Shown here piece after piece: positions 11,698 to 20,703 of a DNA stretch of 64,000 nucleotides. Position numbers and translations under genes: made by a program. The number at the start of each line of letters is the position of its first letter. Position 1 is the stretch's first letter. The DNA comes from Burkholderiaceae bacterium (GTDB lineage: Bacteria > Pseudomonadota > Gammaproteobacteria > Burkholderiales > Burkholderiaceae_E), in assembly GCA_046347945.1 (NCBI GenBank), contig JAXMFB010000012.1, positions 54,572 to 118,571 of the forward strand, in the 5' to 3' direction. Below the pieces are notes generated by a model, which was not told the origin of the DNA, ran no database searches, and saw nothing but the letters and a program-made list of their open reading frames with translations.

Positions 11698-12630
11698 TCA
11701 GGCCCGGTCGGCGACGCGCTCGCCCATGATGCCCGAGGGCCGGAACAGCAGCACGAGGATCAGCACCGCGAACGCGAAGATGTCCTGGTAATGGCTGCCC
11801 AGGAACCCGCCGGTCAGGTCGCCGATGTAGCCGGCGCCCAGGCTCTCGATGATGCCCAGCAGCAGGCCGCCGAGCATCGCGCCGGTGATGTTGCCGATGC
11901 CGCCGAGCACCGCGGCCGTGAACGCCTTGAGCCCGGGAATGAAGCCCATCGAGAAATGGGCGATGTTGTAGTTCAGCGCGACCAGCACGCCGGCCACTGC
12001 GGCGAGCGCCGCGCCGATCGCGAACGTGGCGGCGATCACCCGGTTGGCGTCGACGCCCATCAGGCTGGCGATCCGCGGGCTCTCGGCGGTGGCGCGCATC
12101 GCGCGCCCGAGTTTCGTGCGGTTCACCAGCAGCAGCAGCCCGGCCATCATCGCCGCCGCCACGACGAGGATCAGGATCTGCTTGGGCGCCAGGATCGCGC
12201 CGAAGACCGGCACCGGATCGGTCGGCAGCAGGTCGGGAAAGACGATCGGATTGGGCTTCCAGATCATCATCGCGACCGTCTGCAGGACGATCGACACGCC
12301 GATCGCCGTGATCAGCGGCGCGAGGCGCGGCGCGTTGCGCAGCGGCCGGTACGCGACGCGCTCGATCGCGACCGACAAGGCCATGCACACCGGGACGGCG
12401 GCCAGCACGACGACGAGCAGCGCCACCGGCGCCGGCACGCCGGCGGCCAGCAGCTTCGGCACCAGCCAGGCGGCGACCATGGCGCCCATCATCAGGACTT
12501 CGCCGTGCGCGAAGTTGATCAGTTGCAGGATGCCGTAGACCATCGTGTAGCCCAGCGCGATCAGCGCATAGACCGAGCCGAGCACGAGGCCGTTCAGGAT
12601 CTGCTGCAGCAGGATGTCGAAGTCGAACAA
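11698..12630 (-). CDS. livH: Branched-chain amino acid ABC transporter permease
   Basis: QQILNGLVLGSVYALIALGYTMVYG, INFAHGE, KAFTAAVLGGIG; start (TTG 12630) uncertain. Confidence 0.92.
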   Translation of the reverse strand: MFDFDILLQQILNGLVLGSVYALIALGYTMVYGILQLINFAHGEVLMMGAMVAAWLVPKLLAAGVPAPVALLVVVLAAVPVCMALSVAIERVAYRPLRNAPRLAPLITAIGVSIVLQTVAMMIWKPNPIVFPDLLPTDPVPVFGAILAPKQILILVVAAAMMAGLLLLVNRTKLGRAMRATAESPRIASLMGVDANRVIAATFAIGAALAAVAGVLVALNYNIAHFSMGFIPGLKAFTAAVLGGIGNITGAMLGGLLLGIIESLGAGYIGDLTGGFLGSHYQDIFAFAVLILVLLFRPSGIMGERVADRA

Positions 12631-12732
12631 GCCGGCCTCTTGCGCTCGCGAGCGCAGGCGACAAACCGCGCGAATATAAGCGAAATGGCCGTCGCGCGGC
12701 ACCGCGGGGCGCGATAGCGGGGGTTATCCCGG

Positions 12733-12761
12733 AAAAAAAAGTGCCCCGGACGAACCGGGGC
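12733..12761 (-). terminator. Rho-independent terminator
   Basis: Minus strand GCCCCGG-TTCGT-CCGGGGC-AC-TTTTTTTT. Confidence 0.85.
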
Positions 12762-12836
12762 AAACCAGCCAGGGAGGAAAAAATCGTTGCGCGGCTGGGA
12801 GAGGAGGCCTGACGCAGGACGCAAGCGGCGCCCCGC
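12733..12836 (-). ncRNA. Candidate small RNA with anti-Shine-Dalgarno motifs (resembles Betaproteobacteria 'toxic sRNA' family)
   Basis: -10 TACATT (12848-12843), then CCTCCTCTCC, stem CCAGCC/GGCTGG with loop ending TTTTTTCCTCCCT, then GCCCCGG/CCGGGGC hairpin and U8; ends approximate. Confidence 0.6.
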
Positions 12837-12918
12837 GATCCCAATGTAGCGGGGCCGCAGGCAGCGGGCGTCGGGTCGGCGATTGACGGCCCGCGCGGCC
12901 GGACGGACGGGGCGGGGC

Positions 12919-12951
12919 AAAACGACGAGGGGCGCCCGAAGGCGCCCCTCG
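12919..12951 (-). terminator. Rho-independent terminator of the cytochrome c gene
   Basis: Minus strand CGAGGGGCGCC-TTCG-GGCGCCCCTCG followed by TCGTTTT. Confidence 0.75.
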
Positions 12952-12970
12952 ATCCTCGAGCGGCGGCCGC

Positions 12971-13282
12971 TTACTTGTGCGACAGCACCCACTTCACCAG
13001 GGTCGTGGCCTCGTCGGCCGACACCTGCGGGTTGGCGGGCATCGGGATCTGGCCCCAGACGCCCGAGCCGCCCTCGCGGACCTTCTTCGTGAGCTTGGCC
13101 AGGGCGTCCTTGTCGTTGGCGTACTTCGCCGCGACGTCCTTGTAGGCCGGGCCGATCAGCTTCTTGTCGACCGCGTGGCAGGCCGTGCAGTTCTTGGCCT
13201 TGGCGAGGTCGGCGCTGGCCATGGCGGCCCCGGAGGCGCAGGCGAGGGCGACGGCGAGAGTCAGGGTGGAAATCCGCTTCAT
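12971..13282 (-). CDS. Cytochrome c551/c552 (class I)
   Basis: Signal peptide, CTACH haem motif, GPAYKDVA, GVWGQIPMP axial Met. Confidence 0.95.
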   Translation of the reverse strand: MKRISTLTLAVALACASGAAMASADLAKAKNCTACHAVDKKLIGPAYKDVAAKYANDKDALAKLTKKVREGGSGVWGQIPMPANPQVSADEATTLVKWVLSHK

Positions 13283-13450
13283 GGAGGCTCCGCTGGAATG
13301 AATGCCGGTCGGCACGTCGGTTTTCATGGGTCAATAACGCGTCGTCGCCGCCACCGTTGACACCGCGCCGTCGGCCGCCTGGCCGGCGGGCACAGACGCA
13401 GGTGCCGTGCTGCGGCACATTGGGTGCTCCGACTGCAACCGCCGCGCCTC

Positions 13451-13714
13451 ATGCCGTTCGTCTGGATTGGAGCCCTGCTGATTGTCCTGAAGTGGCTGGA
13501 GATCGGCCCGATCGGGCAGTGGTCGTGGTGGTGGGTCCTGGTGCCGCTGGCGCTCGCGTTCGCCTGGTTCGAGTTGATCGAGCCGCTTTTCGGATTCGAC
13601 CGCCGCAAGCAGGTCGAGGACAACTACGCGAAGCTGCGCAAGCAGCGCGTCGAAGCCCAGTTCCCGGCGCGATCCGGCACCGGCTCGTCCAGGCACGCCG
13701 GCCCGCGCGCCTGA
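13451..13714 (+). CDS. Small Trp-rich membrane protein (TIGR04438-like)
   Basis: MPFVWIG...LKWLEIGP...WSWWWVL.P...AWFE...G.DRRK pattern typical of the Burkholderiales Trp-rich family. Confidence 0.75.
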   Translation: MPFVWIGALLIVLKWLEIGPIGQWSWWWVLVPLALAFAWFELIEPLFGFDRRKQVEDNYAKLRKQRVEAQFPARSGTGSSRHAGPRA

Positions 13715-13784
13715 ACGGGCGGGGCGTCGGCCCTGCGCGGTTCGAGCCCTCGTCGCCTCGCGCGCCTTCAGGCGCAGCGCACCT

Positions 13785-15464
13785 TCAGAAGTCGTCGAGC
13801 ACCGCCCCGCGGCTCGCGCTGGACGCGAGCTTGTAGAACTTGGCGAGGACGCCGCGCGTGTAGCGGGGCGCCGGCTGCTTCCAGGCCGACTTGCGGCGCG
13901 CGAGTTCCGCATCGTCGACGTTCAGTTGCAGCACGAGCCGGTGCGCGTCGATGGTGATCGTGTCGCCTTCGCGCACCAGCGCGATCGGGCCGCCGGCCGC
14001 CGCTTCGGGCGCGACGTGGCCGACGACCATGCCCCAGGTTCCGCCCGAGAAGCGCCCGTCGGTAACCAGCCCGACCGACTCGCCGAGCCCCGCGCCGATG
14101 ATCGCCGACGTCGGCGCGAGCATCTCGGGCATGCCGGGCGCGCCGCGCGGGCCGAGGTAGCGCAATACCATCACGTCGCCGGCGACGATGCGCCCTTCGA
14201 GGATCGCGGCCAGCGCGCTCTGTTCGTCGTCGAACACGCGCGCCGGGCCCGTGATGACCGGGTTCTTCAGGCCGGTGATCTTGGCGACGCTGCCCTCCGG
14301 GGACAGGTTGCCCTTCAGGATCGCCAGATGGCCCTGCGCGTAGAGCGCCTTGTCGACCGGGAAGATCACGTCCTGGTCGGCGCGCGGCGTCGCGGGCACG
14401 TCCTCGAGTTCTTCGGCCAGCGTGCGCCCGGTGATCGTCATGCAGTCGCCGTGGATCAGTCCGGCCTCGAGCAGGATCTTCAGCACCTGCGGAATGCCGC
14501 CGGCGCGATGCAGGTCGGTGGCCAGGTACTTGCCCGAAGGCTTGAGGTCGCAGATCACGGGCACGCGCTTGCGCACGCGCTCGAAGTCGTCGATCGTCCA
14601 CTCGATGCCGGCGGCGTGCGCGATCGCCAGGAAGTGCAGCACGGCGTTGGTCGAGCCACCCACTGCCATGATCAGCGCGACCGCATTCTCGATCGACTTG
14701 CGCGTGACGATGTCGCGCGGCTTCAGGTCGTTCTGCACCGCGCGGATCAGCACCCGCGCCGACTCGGCGGCCGACTCGGCCTTCTCGGCGTCGGGATTGG
14801 CCATCGTGGAGGAACCCAGCAGGCTCATGCCGAGCGCCTCGAACGACGACGACATCGTGTTGGCGGTGTACATGCCGCCGCACGAGCCGGTGCCGGGGAT
14901 CGCGTTTTCCTCGATCCCGCAGAAGTCCTCCTCGCTCATCCGGCCGTGCGAGAACTCGCCGACCGCCTCGAACACCGAGACGATGTTCAGGTCCTTGCCC
15001 TTCCAGTGGCCGGCCTTGATGGTGCCGCCGTACACGTAGATCGACGGGACGTTGGCGCGCAGCATGCCCATCATGCCGCCGGGCATGTTCTTGTCGCAGC
15101 CGCCGATGACGAGCACGCCGTCCATCCACTGGCCCTGCACCGCGGTCTCGACGCAATCGGAGATGACTTCGCGCGACACCAGCGAGTACTTCATGCCTTC
15201 GGTACCCATCGCCATGCCGTCCGAGATCGTCGGCGTGCCGAACACCTGCGGGTTCGCGCCCGCCGCGCTGATGGCCGCGACCGCCGCATCGGCCAGCACC
15301 TGCAGACCCGAGTTGCAGGGCGTGATCGTGCTGTGGCCGTTGGCGATGCCGATCATCGGGTTGGCGAAGTCGCTGCGCCTGTACCCCATCGCGTAGTACA
15401 TCGAGCGGTTCGGGGCGCGGGCGACGCCTTCGGTGATGTTGCGGCTGCGGCGATTGGCGGTCAT
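13785..15464 (-). CDS. ilvD: Dihydroxy-acid dehydratase
   Basis: [59 protein letters not shown]. Confidence 0.96.
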   Translation of the reverse strand: MTANRRSRNITEGVARAPNRSMYYAMGYRRSDFANPMIGIANGHSTITPCNSGLQVLADAAVAAISAAGANPQVFGTPTISDGMAMGTEGMKYSLVSREVISDCVETAVQGQWMDGVLVIGGCDKNMPGGMMGMLRANVPSIYVYGGTIKAGHWKGKDLNIVSVFEAVGEFSHGRMSEEDFCGIEENAIPGTGSCGGMYTANTMSSSFEALGMSLLGSSTMANPDAEKAESAAESARVLIRAVQNDLKPRDIVTRKSIENAVALIMAVGGSTNAVLHFLAIAHAAGIEWTIDDFERVRKRVPVICDLKPSGKYLATDLHRAGGIPQVLKILLEAGLIHGDCMTITGRTLAEELEDVPATPRADQDVIFPVDKALYAQGHLAILKGNLSPEGSVAKITGLKNPVITGPARVFDDEQSALAAILEGRIVAGDVMVLRYLGPRGAPGMPEMLAPTSAIIGAGLGESVGLVTDGRFSGGTWGMVVGHVAPEAAAGGPIALVREGDTITIDAHRLVLQLNVDDAELARRKSAWKQPAPRYTRGVLAKFYKLASSASRGAVLDDF

Positions 15465-15667
15465 GGCGATCGGGAGCGCGCTTGCGCGCGAAAGGCGGGT
15501 TGGGAAGGCGTCGAGTGTAGCAAACGGGCTGGCCGGCGGCGCGAAATTCCGCATTTCGATACCGGAATGCGGGGCTGTTCGCGCGCCGCGGCGGGGACGG
15601 GACTGCATCGGCGCGTCACCTGCCTGCAACGGGTGCCTGCGCCGCGATCCGGTGTGTTGGCGGCATT

Positions 15668-15686
15668 AACGAGAACGATTTGTATT
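15668..15686. promoter_or_regulatory. Putative Fur box
   Basis: AACGAGAACGATTTGTATT resembles the AATGAGAAT-N-ATTCTCATT form; AT-rich island upstream of bfd, abutting TTGACC. Confidence 0.6.
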
Positions 15687-15750
15687 GACCGACCCAGGCC
15701 CGGCCTGCGCTCGAACCGAACCCGCGGGTCGATGACTGCCGGTTGCTGCC

Positions 15751-15966
15751 ATGATTGTCTGCATCGGCCGAGGAGTCCCGGATCGCGAGATCCGCGCCGT
15801 CGTCAGCCAGGGGGCCGGTTCGCTGGCCGAGGTGCGAGCGGAGCTCGGAACCGGGGAATGCCGCGGCAAGTGCTCGCGCCAGGTACGCGAGCCGATCGAC
15901 CGGTACGCGCCGGCACCCGGCGCAGCGACCTGCGACTGCGGACGCGTCATCTGCGACGGCTGGTAG
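15751..15966 (+). CDS. bfd: Bacterioferritin-associated ferredoxin Bfd-like, degenerate (probable pseudogene)
   Basis: MIVCIG.GV.DREIR...G..SL.EVRAELG.G.CRGKC; the canonical CxC...CGKC has lost two Cys (GGC, CGC codons). Confidence 0.7.
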   Translation: MIVCIGRGVPDREIRAVVSQGAGSLAEVRAELGTGECRGKCSRQVREPIDRYAPAPGAATCDCGRVICDGW

Positions 15967-16061
15967 TTCTGCAGGCCCACCTTGCCGATGTCCTGCAGAT
16001 TCGGCAGCCCCTCCAGCAGCAGGATGCGCTCGATCTTCGCCAGGCCCGGAAGTCCCCAGTG
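15945..16061 (-). pseudogene. bfr: Internally deleted bacterioferritin remnant
   Basis: Minus-strand frame reads HWGLPGLAK|IERILLLEGLPNLQDIGK|VGLQNYQPSQMT: three non-adjacent Bfr segments fused, with no start. Confidence 0.72.
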
Positions 16062-16142
16062 GCATCGATCGCCTGGGTGATCGTGCGGCCAACCGCGGCG
16101 ACAGTCATGCAAGAATAGCCGCGACGACGCCGCGGACCGACG

Positions 16143-16946
16143 ATGCTTATTCATCCCCAGTTCGACCCCATCGCCTTCAGCCTCGGGCCGATCGCCGTTC
16201 GCTGGTACGGCCTGATGTACCTGCTGGCGTTTGCCGGCTTCTTCCTCCTCGGCCGCTGGCGCCTGCAGCAGGCGGCCTTCGCGCAGTCGACCGGCCTGGC
16301 GCCGCGCGACCTCGAAGACCTGCTGTTCTGGGGGGCTCTCGGCGTCGTGCTGGGCGGGCGCCTCGGCTACGTGCTGTTCTACAAGCCCGGCTACTACCTC
16401 GGCCATCCGCTCGAGGTGCTCGCGGTCTGGCAGGGCGGCATGTCGTTTCATGGCGGGCTGCTCGGCGTGATCGTCGCGACGTGGCTGTTCTGCAGGCGGC
16501 GCGGGCTCGCCTTCTGGCCGGTGATCGACTTCGCGGCGCCGCTGGTGCCGATCGGCCTGGCTGCGGGGCGCATCGGCAACTTCATCAACGGCGAGTTGTG
16601 GGGCCGGCCGACCGACGTGCCGTGGGCGATGGTGTTCCCGCAGGTCGACGCGCTGCCGCGGCACCCGTCGCAGCTCTACCAGTTCGCCGGCGAGGGCGTG
16701 CTGCTGTTCGTGCTGCTGTGGTGGTACTCGACGCGGCCGCGCCCGGCGGGCGCGGTCTCGGGCATGTTCCTGATCGGCTACGCGGTGCTGCGCTTCGCCG
16801 CCGAGTTCGCGCGCGAACCCGACTCGTTCCTCGGTCTGCAGGCGCTCGGGTTCACGATGGGGCAGTGGCTGTGCGTGCCGATGTTCGTGGCAGGGCTCGC
16901 GCTGTACGCGTGGGCGAGGCGCCGGCCGGGCGGCGCCGGCAGCTGA
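16143..16946 (+). CDS. lgt: Prolipoprotein diacylglyceryl transferase
   Basis: [46 protein letters not shown]. Confidence 0.97.
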   Translation: MLIHPQFDPIAFSLGPIAVRWYGLMYLLAFAGFFLLGRWRLQQAAFAQSTGLAPRDLEDLLFWGALGVVLGGRLGYVLFYKPGYYLGHPLEVLAVWQGGMSFHGGLLGVIVATWLFCRRRGLAFWPVIDFAAPLVPIGLAAGRIGNFINGELWGRPTDVPWAMVFPQVDALPRHPSQLYQFAGEGVLLFVLLWWYSTRPRPAGAVSGMFLIGYAVLRFAAEFAREPDSFLGLQALGFTMGQWLCVPMFVAGLALYAWARRRPGGAGS

Positions 16947-16960
16947 CGGCGGGGCGGCGC

Positions 16961-18283
16961 GTGTTCGAGCGGCTCCGCCAGGTCCGTCGCGATGCGCGCG
17001 AGCGCAACGACCTGCACGGCCTGCTCGACGACTGCCGGCAGCTGCTCACGGCACACGGCGAGACGAACAGCCTGGTCATCGCGGCGCGCGCAATCGAGCG
17101 ATACGCGCGCCTGTCCGACGACGCAGTCGCGCGATTCTTCGAGGTGCTCGCCACCGACTTCGATCCCGATCCCGGCGAGGTGCTGCGGCTGGCCGAGAGC
17201 TACGCGGTGTCGCGTTCGCCCGACAACCTGATCCAGCTCTGGAAGGCTGCCGAGTCGCCGCGCCAGGAGTTGCTGCGCCGCCTGAACCGCGCGCCGAACG
17301 CCACCGGCACGCTGGTGGCCATGCGCGCGAGCCTGCTCGAGCGGCTGCGCCGCGACGAGTCGCTCAAGGCCGTCGACGCCGACTTCCAGCACCTGCTGTC
17401 GTCGTGGTTCAACCCCGGCTTTCTCAGGCTGGTGCAGGTCGACTGGAGCTCGCCGGCGCGGCTGCTCGAGAAGATCATCCAGCACGAGGCAGTGCACGAG
17501 ATCGACGGCTGGGCCGACCTGCGCCGGCGGCTCGAGCCCGATCGGCGCTGCTTCGCGTTCTTCCATCCGATGCTCCCCGACGAGCCGCTGATTTTCGTCG
17601 AGGTCGCGCTGCTCGACGCGATGCCGCAGGCGATCGCGCCGCTGCTCGACCGCAAGTCGGAGCCCGAAACGCGCGAAGACCGCTTCAAGGTCGCGGCGTT
17701 CTATTCGATCTCGAACTGCCAGCCGGGCCTGCGAGGCGTGAACCTGGGCAACTTCCTGATCAAGCGGGTCGCCGAGCAGCTGCAGCAGGCGTTCCCGAAG
17801 CTGAAGTCGTTCTGCACGCTGTCGCCGGTTCCCGGCTTCGCCGCCTGGCTGTCGGCGACCGGGGCCATCGACTCGCCGCGCCTGAAGCCGGCGACGCGGC
17901 GCGAGCTCGACGCCGGACTGCGCGCGCTGCGCGAGCGGCACGGCGGCGACTTCGCGGCACTGGCGAAGGCGCATGCGGCGGCAGACGAGGGCGCGAAACC
18001 GGACCCGGACCTGGCGATGCTGCAGCGGCTGTGCGCAGCCTACCTGATCGAGACTTCGCCGAACGAGGCGCGGACGTCCGACCTGGTGGCGCGCTTTCAC
18101 CTGAACAACGGCGCCCGGCTCGAGCGCATCAACCTGGCCGGCGACCTCTCGCGCAACGGACTGCGCCAGTCGCACGGACTGATGGTCAACTATCTGTACG
18201 ATCTCGACGAGATCGAGAGCAACCACGAGAAGTTCGTCAACGACCAGGTGAGCGCGTCGCGCGCAGTGCTGTCGCTGCTCTGA
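16961..18283 (+). CDS. matA: Malonyl-CoA decarboxylase
   Basis: SWFNPGFL, KIIQHEAVHEI..W.DLRRRL..DRRCFAFFHP, FYSISNCQ.GL.GV..GNFLIK, VARFHLNNGA; start GTG approximate. Confidence 0.92.
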   Translation: MFERLRQVRRDARERNDLHGLLDDCRQLLTAHGETNSLVIAARAIERYARLSDDAVARFFEVLATDFDPDPGEVLRLAESYAVSRSPDNLIQLWKAAESPRQELLRRLNRAPNATGTLVAMRASLLERLRRDESLKAVDADFQHLLSSWFNPGFLRLVQVDWSSPARLLEKIIQHEAVHEIDGWADLRRRLEPDRRCFAFFHPMLPDEPLIFVEVALLDAMPQAIAPLLDRKSEPETREDRFKVAAFYSISNCQPGLRGVNLGNFLIKRVAEQLQQAFPKLKSFCTLSPVPGFAAWLSATGAIDSPRLKPATRRELDAGLRALRERHGGDFAALAKAHAAADEGAKPDPDLAMLQRLCAAYLIETSPNEARTSDLVARFHLNNGARLERINLAGDLSRNGLRQSHGLMVNYLYDLDEIESNHEKFVNDQVSASRAVLSLL

Positions 18284-18316
18284 CGCGCCGCCGAGTCGCC
18301 GCAGCGAGGCCCGACC

Positions 18317-19834
18317 ATGCAGGAACCAGGCAATCACAACCTCTACGCGCTGCTGGCCGCAGGTTTCCCGGCAGATCGCGCGAGCTGCTGCATCGACGCC
18401 GGCGAAGGCGCCTGGTACAGCTGGGACGACGTCGAGCGCGCCAGCGCGATGATCGCGAACCTGCTGAAGCGACTGAAGCTCCCGAAGGGTGCCCGGATCG
18501 CGGTGCAGGTCGACAAGTCGCCCGAGGCGGTGCTGCTCTACCTCGCGACGCTGCGCGCCGGCTTCGCGTTCCTGCCGCTGAACACCGCCTACCAGGCGAC
18601 CGAGATCGACTACTTCGTGGCGGACGCCGAGCCGTCGGTGGTCGTCTGCAGCCCCGCGAACCTGCGCTGGATCGAGCCGATCGCGCGTCGCCATCGCGTG
18701 CCGCACCTGTTCACGCTGGGCGACGACCGCCGCGGCACGCTGCTCGAAGCGGCGGCGCGCGAGTCGGCGCACTTCCCGACGGTGCGCAGTCGCGCCGAGG
18801 ACCTCGCCTGCATCGTCTACACGTCGGGGACGACCGGCCGCAGCAAGGGCGCGATGCTCTCGCACGGCAACATCGGCAGCAACGCGCTGGTGCTGCACCG
18901 CTACTGGCGCTGGCGCGCCGGCGACGTGCTGCTGCACATGCTGCCGATCTTCCACGTGCACGGGCTGTTCGTCGCGATCCACGGCGCGCTGCTGTCGGGT
19001 AGCCGGATGATCTGGCGCGCGCGCTTCGACGCGCGCGAGGCGATCCGGCTGCTGCCGCAGGCGACGGTGTTCATGGGCGTGCCGACGATGTACGTGCGCC
19101 TGCTCGACGAGCCCGGTTTCGACGCGAACGCGTGCCGCAACATGAGGATGTTCGTCTCGGGGTCGGCGCCGCTGCTGCCGGACACCTTCCGGCAGTTCGA
19201 GGCGCGCACCGGCCAGCGCATCCTCGAGCGCTACGGGATGAGCGAGACCGTGATGCTGACCTCGAACTCGTACGACGGCAATCGGGTGCCGGGCACGGTC
19301 GGCCTGCCGCTGCCGGGCGTCGAGGTCCGCGTCGTCGACGACGCGGGACGTGCCTGCGGCACCGGGGAGATCGGCGCGATCCAGGTGCGCGGCCCGAACG
19401 TCTTCTCCGGTTACTGGCGCATGCCCGAGAAGACCCGGGAAGAGTTCACCGCCGACGGATACTTCCGCACCGGCGACATGGGGAAACGGGACGCCAACGG
19501 CTACCTGTCGATCGTCGGGCGCAGCAAGGACCTGATCATCACCGGCGGCTACAACGTCTACCCGAAGGAGATCGAGTCGTACCTCGACGAGATGGACGGC
19601 GTGGCCGAGTCGGCGGTCATCGGCGTGCCGCACCGTGACTTCGGCGAGGCGGTCACGGCCGTGGTCGTCGGGAAGCCCGGTGCGCAGTTGCGCGAGGCGG
19701 CGATCATTGCGGCGCTCAAGGGGCGCATCGCGGCGTTCAAGGTGCCCAAGCGGGTGCACGTCGTCGACGAATTGCCGCGCAACACGATGGGCAAGGTCCA
19801 GAAGAACGTGTTGCGCGAGCGTTTCGGGGCCTGA
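18317..19834 (+). CDS. matB: Malonyl-CoA synthetase
   Basis: YTSGTTGRSKGAML, LPIFHVHGLFVA, ILERYGMSET, GRSKDLII; follows matA. Confidence 0.9.
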   Translation: MQEPGNHNLYALLAAGFPADRASCCIDAGEGAWYSWDDVERASAMIANLLKRLKLPKGARIAVQVDKSPEAVLLYLATLRAGFAFLPLNTAYQATEIDYFVADAEPSVVVCSPANLRWIEPIARRHRVPHLFTLGDDRRGTLLEAAARESAHFPTVRSRAEDLACIVYTSGTTGRSKGAMLSHGNIGSNALVLHRYWRWRAGDVLLHMLPIFHVHGLFVAIHGALLSGSRMIWRARFDAREAIRLLPQATVFMGVPTMYVRLLDEPGFDANACRNMRMFVSGSAPLLPDTFRQFEARTGQRILERYGMSETVMLTSNSYDGNRVPGTVGLPLPGVEVRVVDDAGRACGTGEIGAIQVRGPNVFSGYWRMPEKTREEFTADGYFRTGDMGKRDANGYLSIVGRSKDLIITGGYNVYPKEIESYLDEMDGVAESAVIGVPHRDFGEAVTAVVVGKPGAQLREAAIIAALKGRIAAFKVPKRVHVVDELPRNTMGKVQKNVLRERFGA

Positions 19835-19850
19835 ACGCGACGCGGGCGAT

Positions 19851-19895
19851 GTCCGCGCGGTCAGTGCCCGCGCAGTCAGTGCCCGTACAGTCCCT
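19851..19895. repeat. Three imperfect 15-bp tandem repeats at the 3' end of the TauE gene
   Basis: GTCCGCGCGGTCAGT / GCCCGCGCAGTCAGT / GCCCGTACAGTCCCT. Confidence 0.55.
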
Positions 19896-20682
19896 TCCAG
19901 AGCATGTACGCCGCCAGCGCATAGAGCAGCATCGCGAACACGGACCGGAGCAGGCTTACGTCCATCGCGTGCGCGGTCTTCGCGCCCAGCGGTGCGGTCA
20001 GCACGCTGGTGACGACGATCGACGCCAGCGCCGGCAGGTAGATGTAGCCGAACGTGCCGCCGGGCAACTCGAGCCCCCAGCCGGCGTAGACGTAGCCGAG
20101 CGTACCGGCCAGCGCGATCGGAAAGCCGCAGGCGGCGCTGGTGGCGACCGCCTCGTGGATCTTCACGTTGGCGCGGGTGAGGAATGGCACCGTGATGAAC
20201 GCGCCGCCCGCCCCGACGATCGCCGACAGCAGGCCGATCAGGGTGCCCATGCCGAAGCGCCCGGCGTTGCCGGGCAGCGCGCGGCGCGCGCTCGCCTGGC
20301 CCTTGCACAGCATTCGCGTGGCCATCAGTGCGATGAACACGCCGAAACCGACCGCCAGCACGCTGCCGCGCAGCGCCGCCGCGATCTGGGCGCCGACCAG
20401 CGAACCGAGCACGATGCCCGGGGCCAGCGTCTTCGCGATGTCCCAGCGCACCGCGCCGCGCCGGGCGTGCGCGCGCACGCTCGACAGCGACGTGAACAGG
20501 ATGGTCGTCAGCGAGGTTGCGATCGCCACCTTGACGATCTGCCCGGTCGGAAAGCCCTTGCTCGTGAGCAGCATCGTCACGAACGGCACCAGCAGCATGC
20601 CGCCGCCGACGCCGAGCAGGCCGGCGGCGAAGCCGGTGGCGGCGCCGAGCAGCAGGAACCAGGCGATCAGGTCGAGGGCCAT
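19876..20682 (-). CDS. Sulfite exporter TauE/SafE family membrane protein
   Basis: GFAAGLLGVGGG, AIATSL, SAIVGAGGAF..VP; about 8 TM segments. Confidence 0.88.
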   Translation of the reverse strand: MALDLIAWFLLLGAATGFAAGLLGVGGGMLLVPFVTMLLTSKGFPTGQIVKVAIATSLTTILFTSLSSVRAHARRGAVRWDIAKTLAPGIVLGSLVGAQIAAALRGSVLAVGFGVFIALMATRMLCKGQASARRALPGNAGRFGMGTLIGLLSAIVGAGGAFITVPFLTRANVKIHEAVATSAACGFPIALAGTLGYVYAGWGLELPGGTFGYIYLPALASIVVTSVLTAPLGAKTAHAMDVSLLRSVFAMLLYALAAYMLWKGLYGH

Positions 20683-20703
20683 GAACGAGTCGGGGCGGCG
20701 GGC

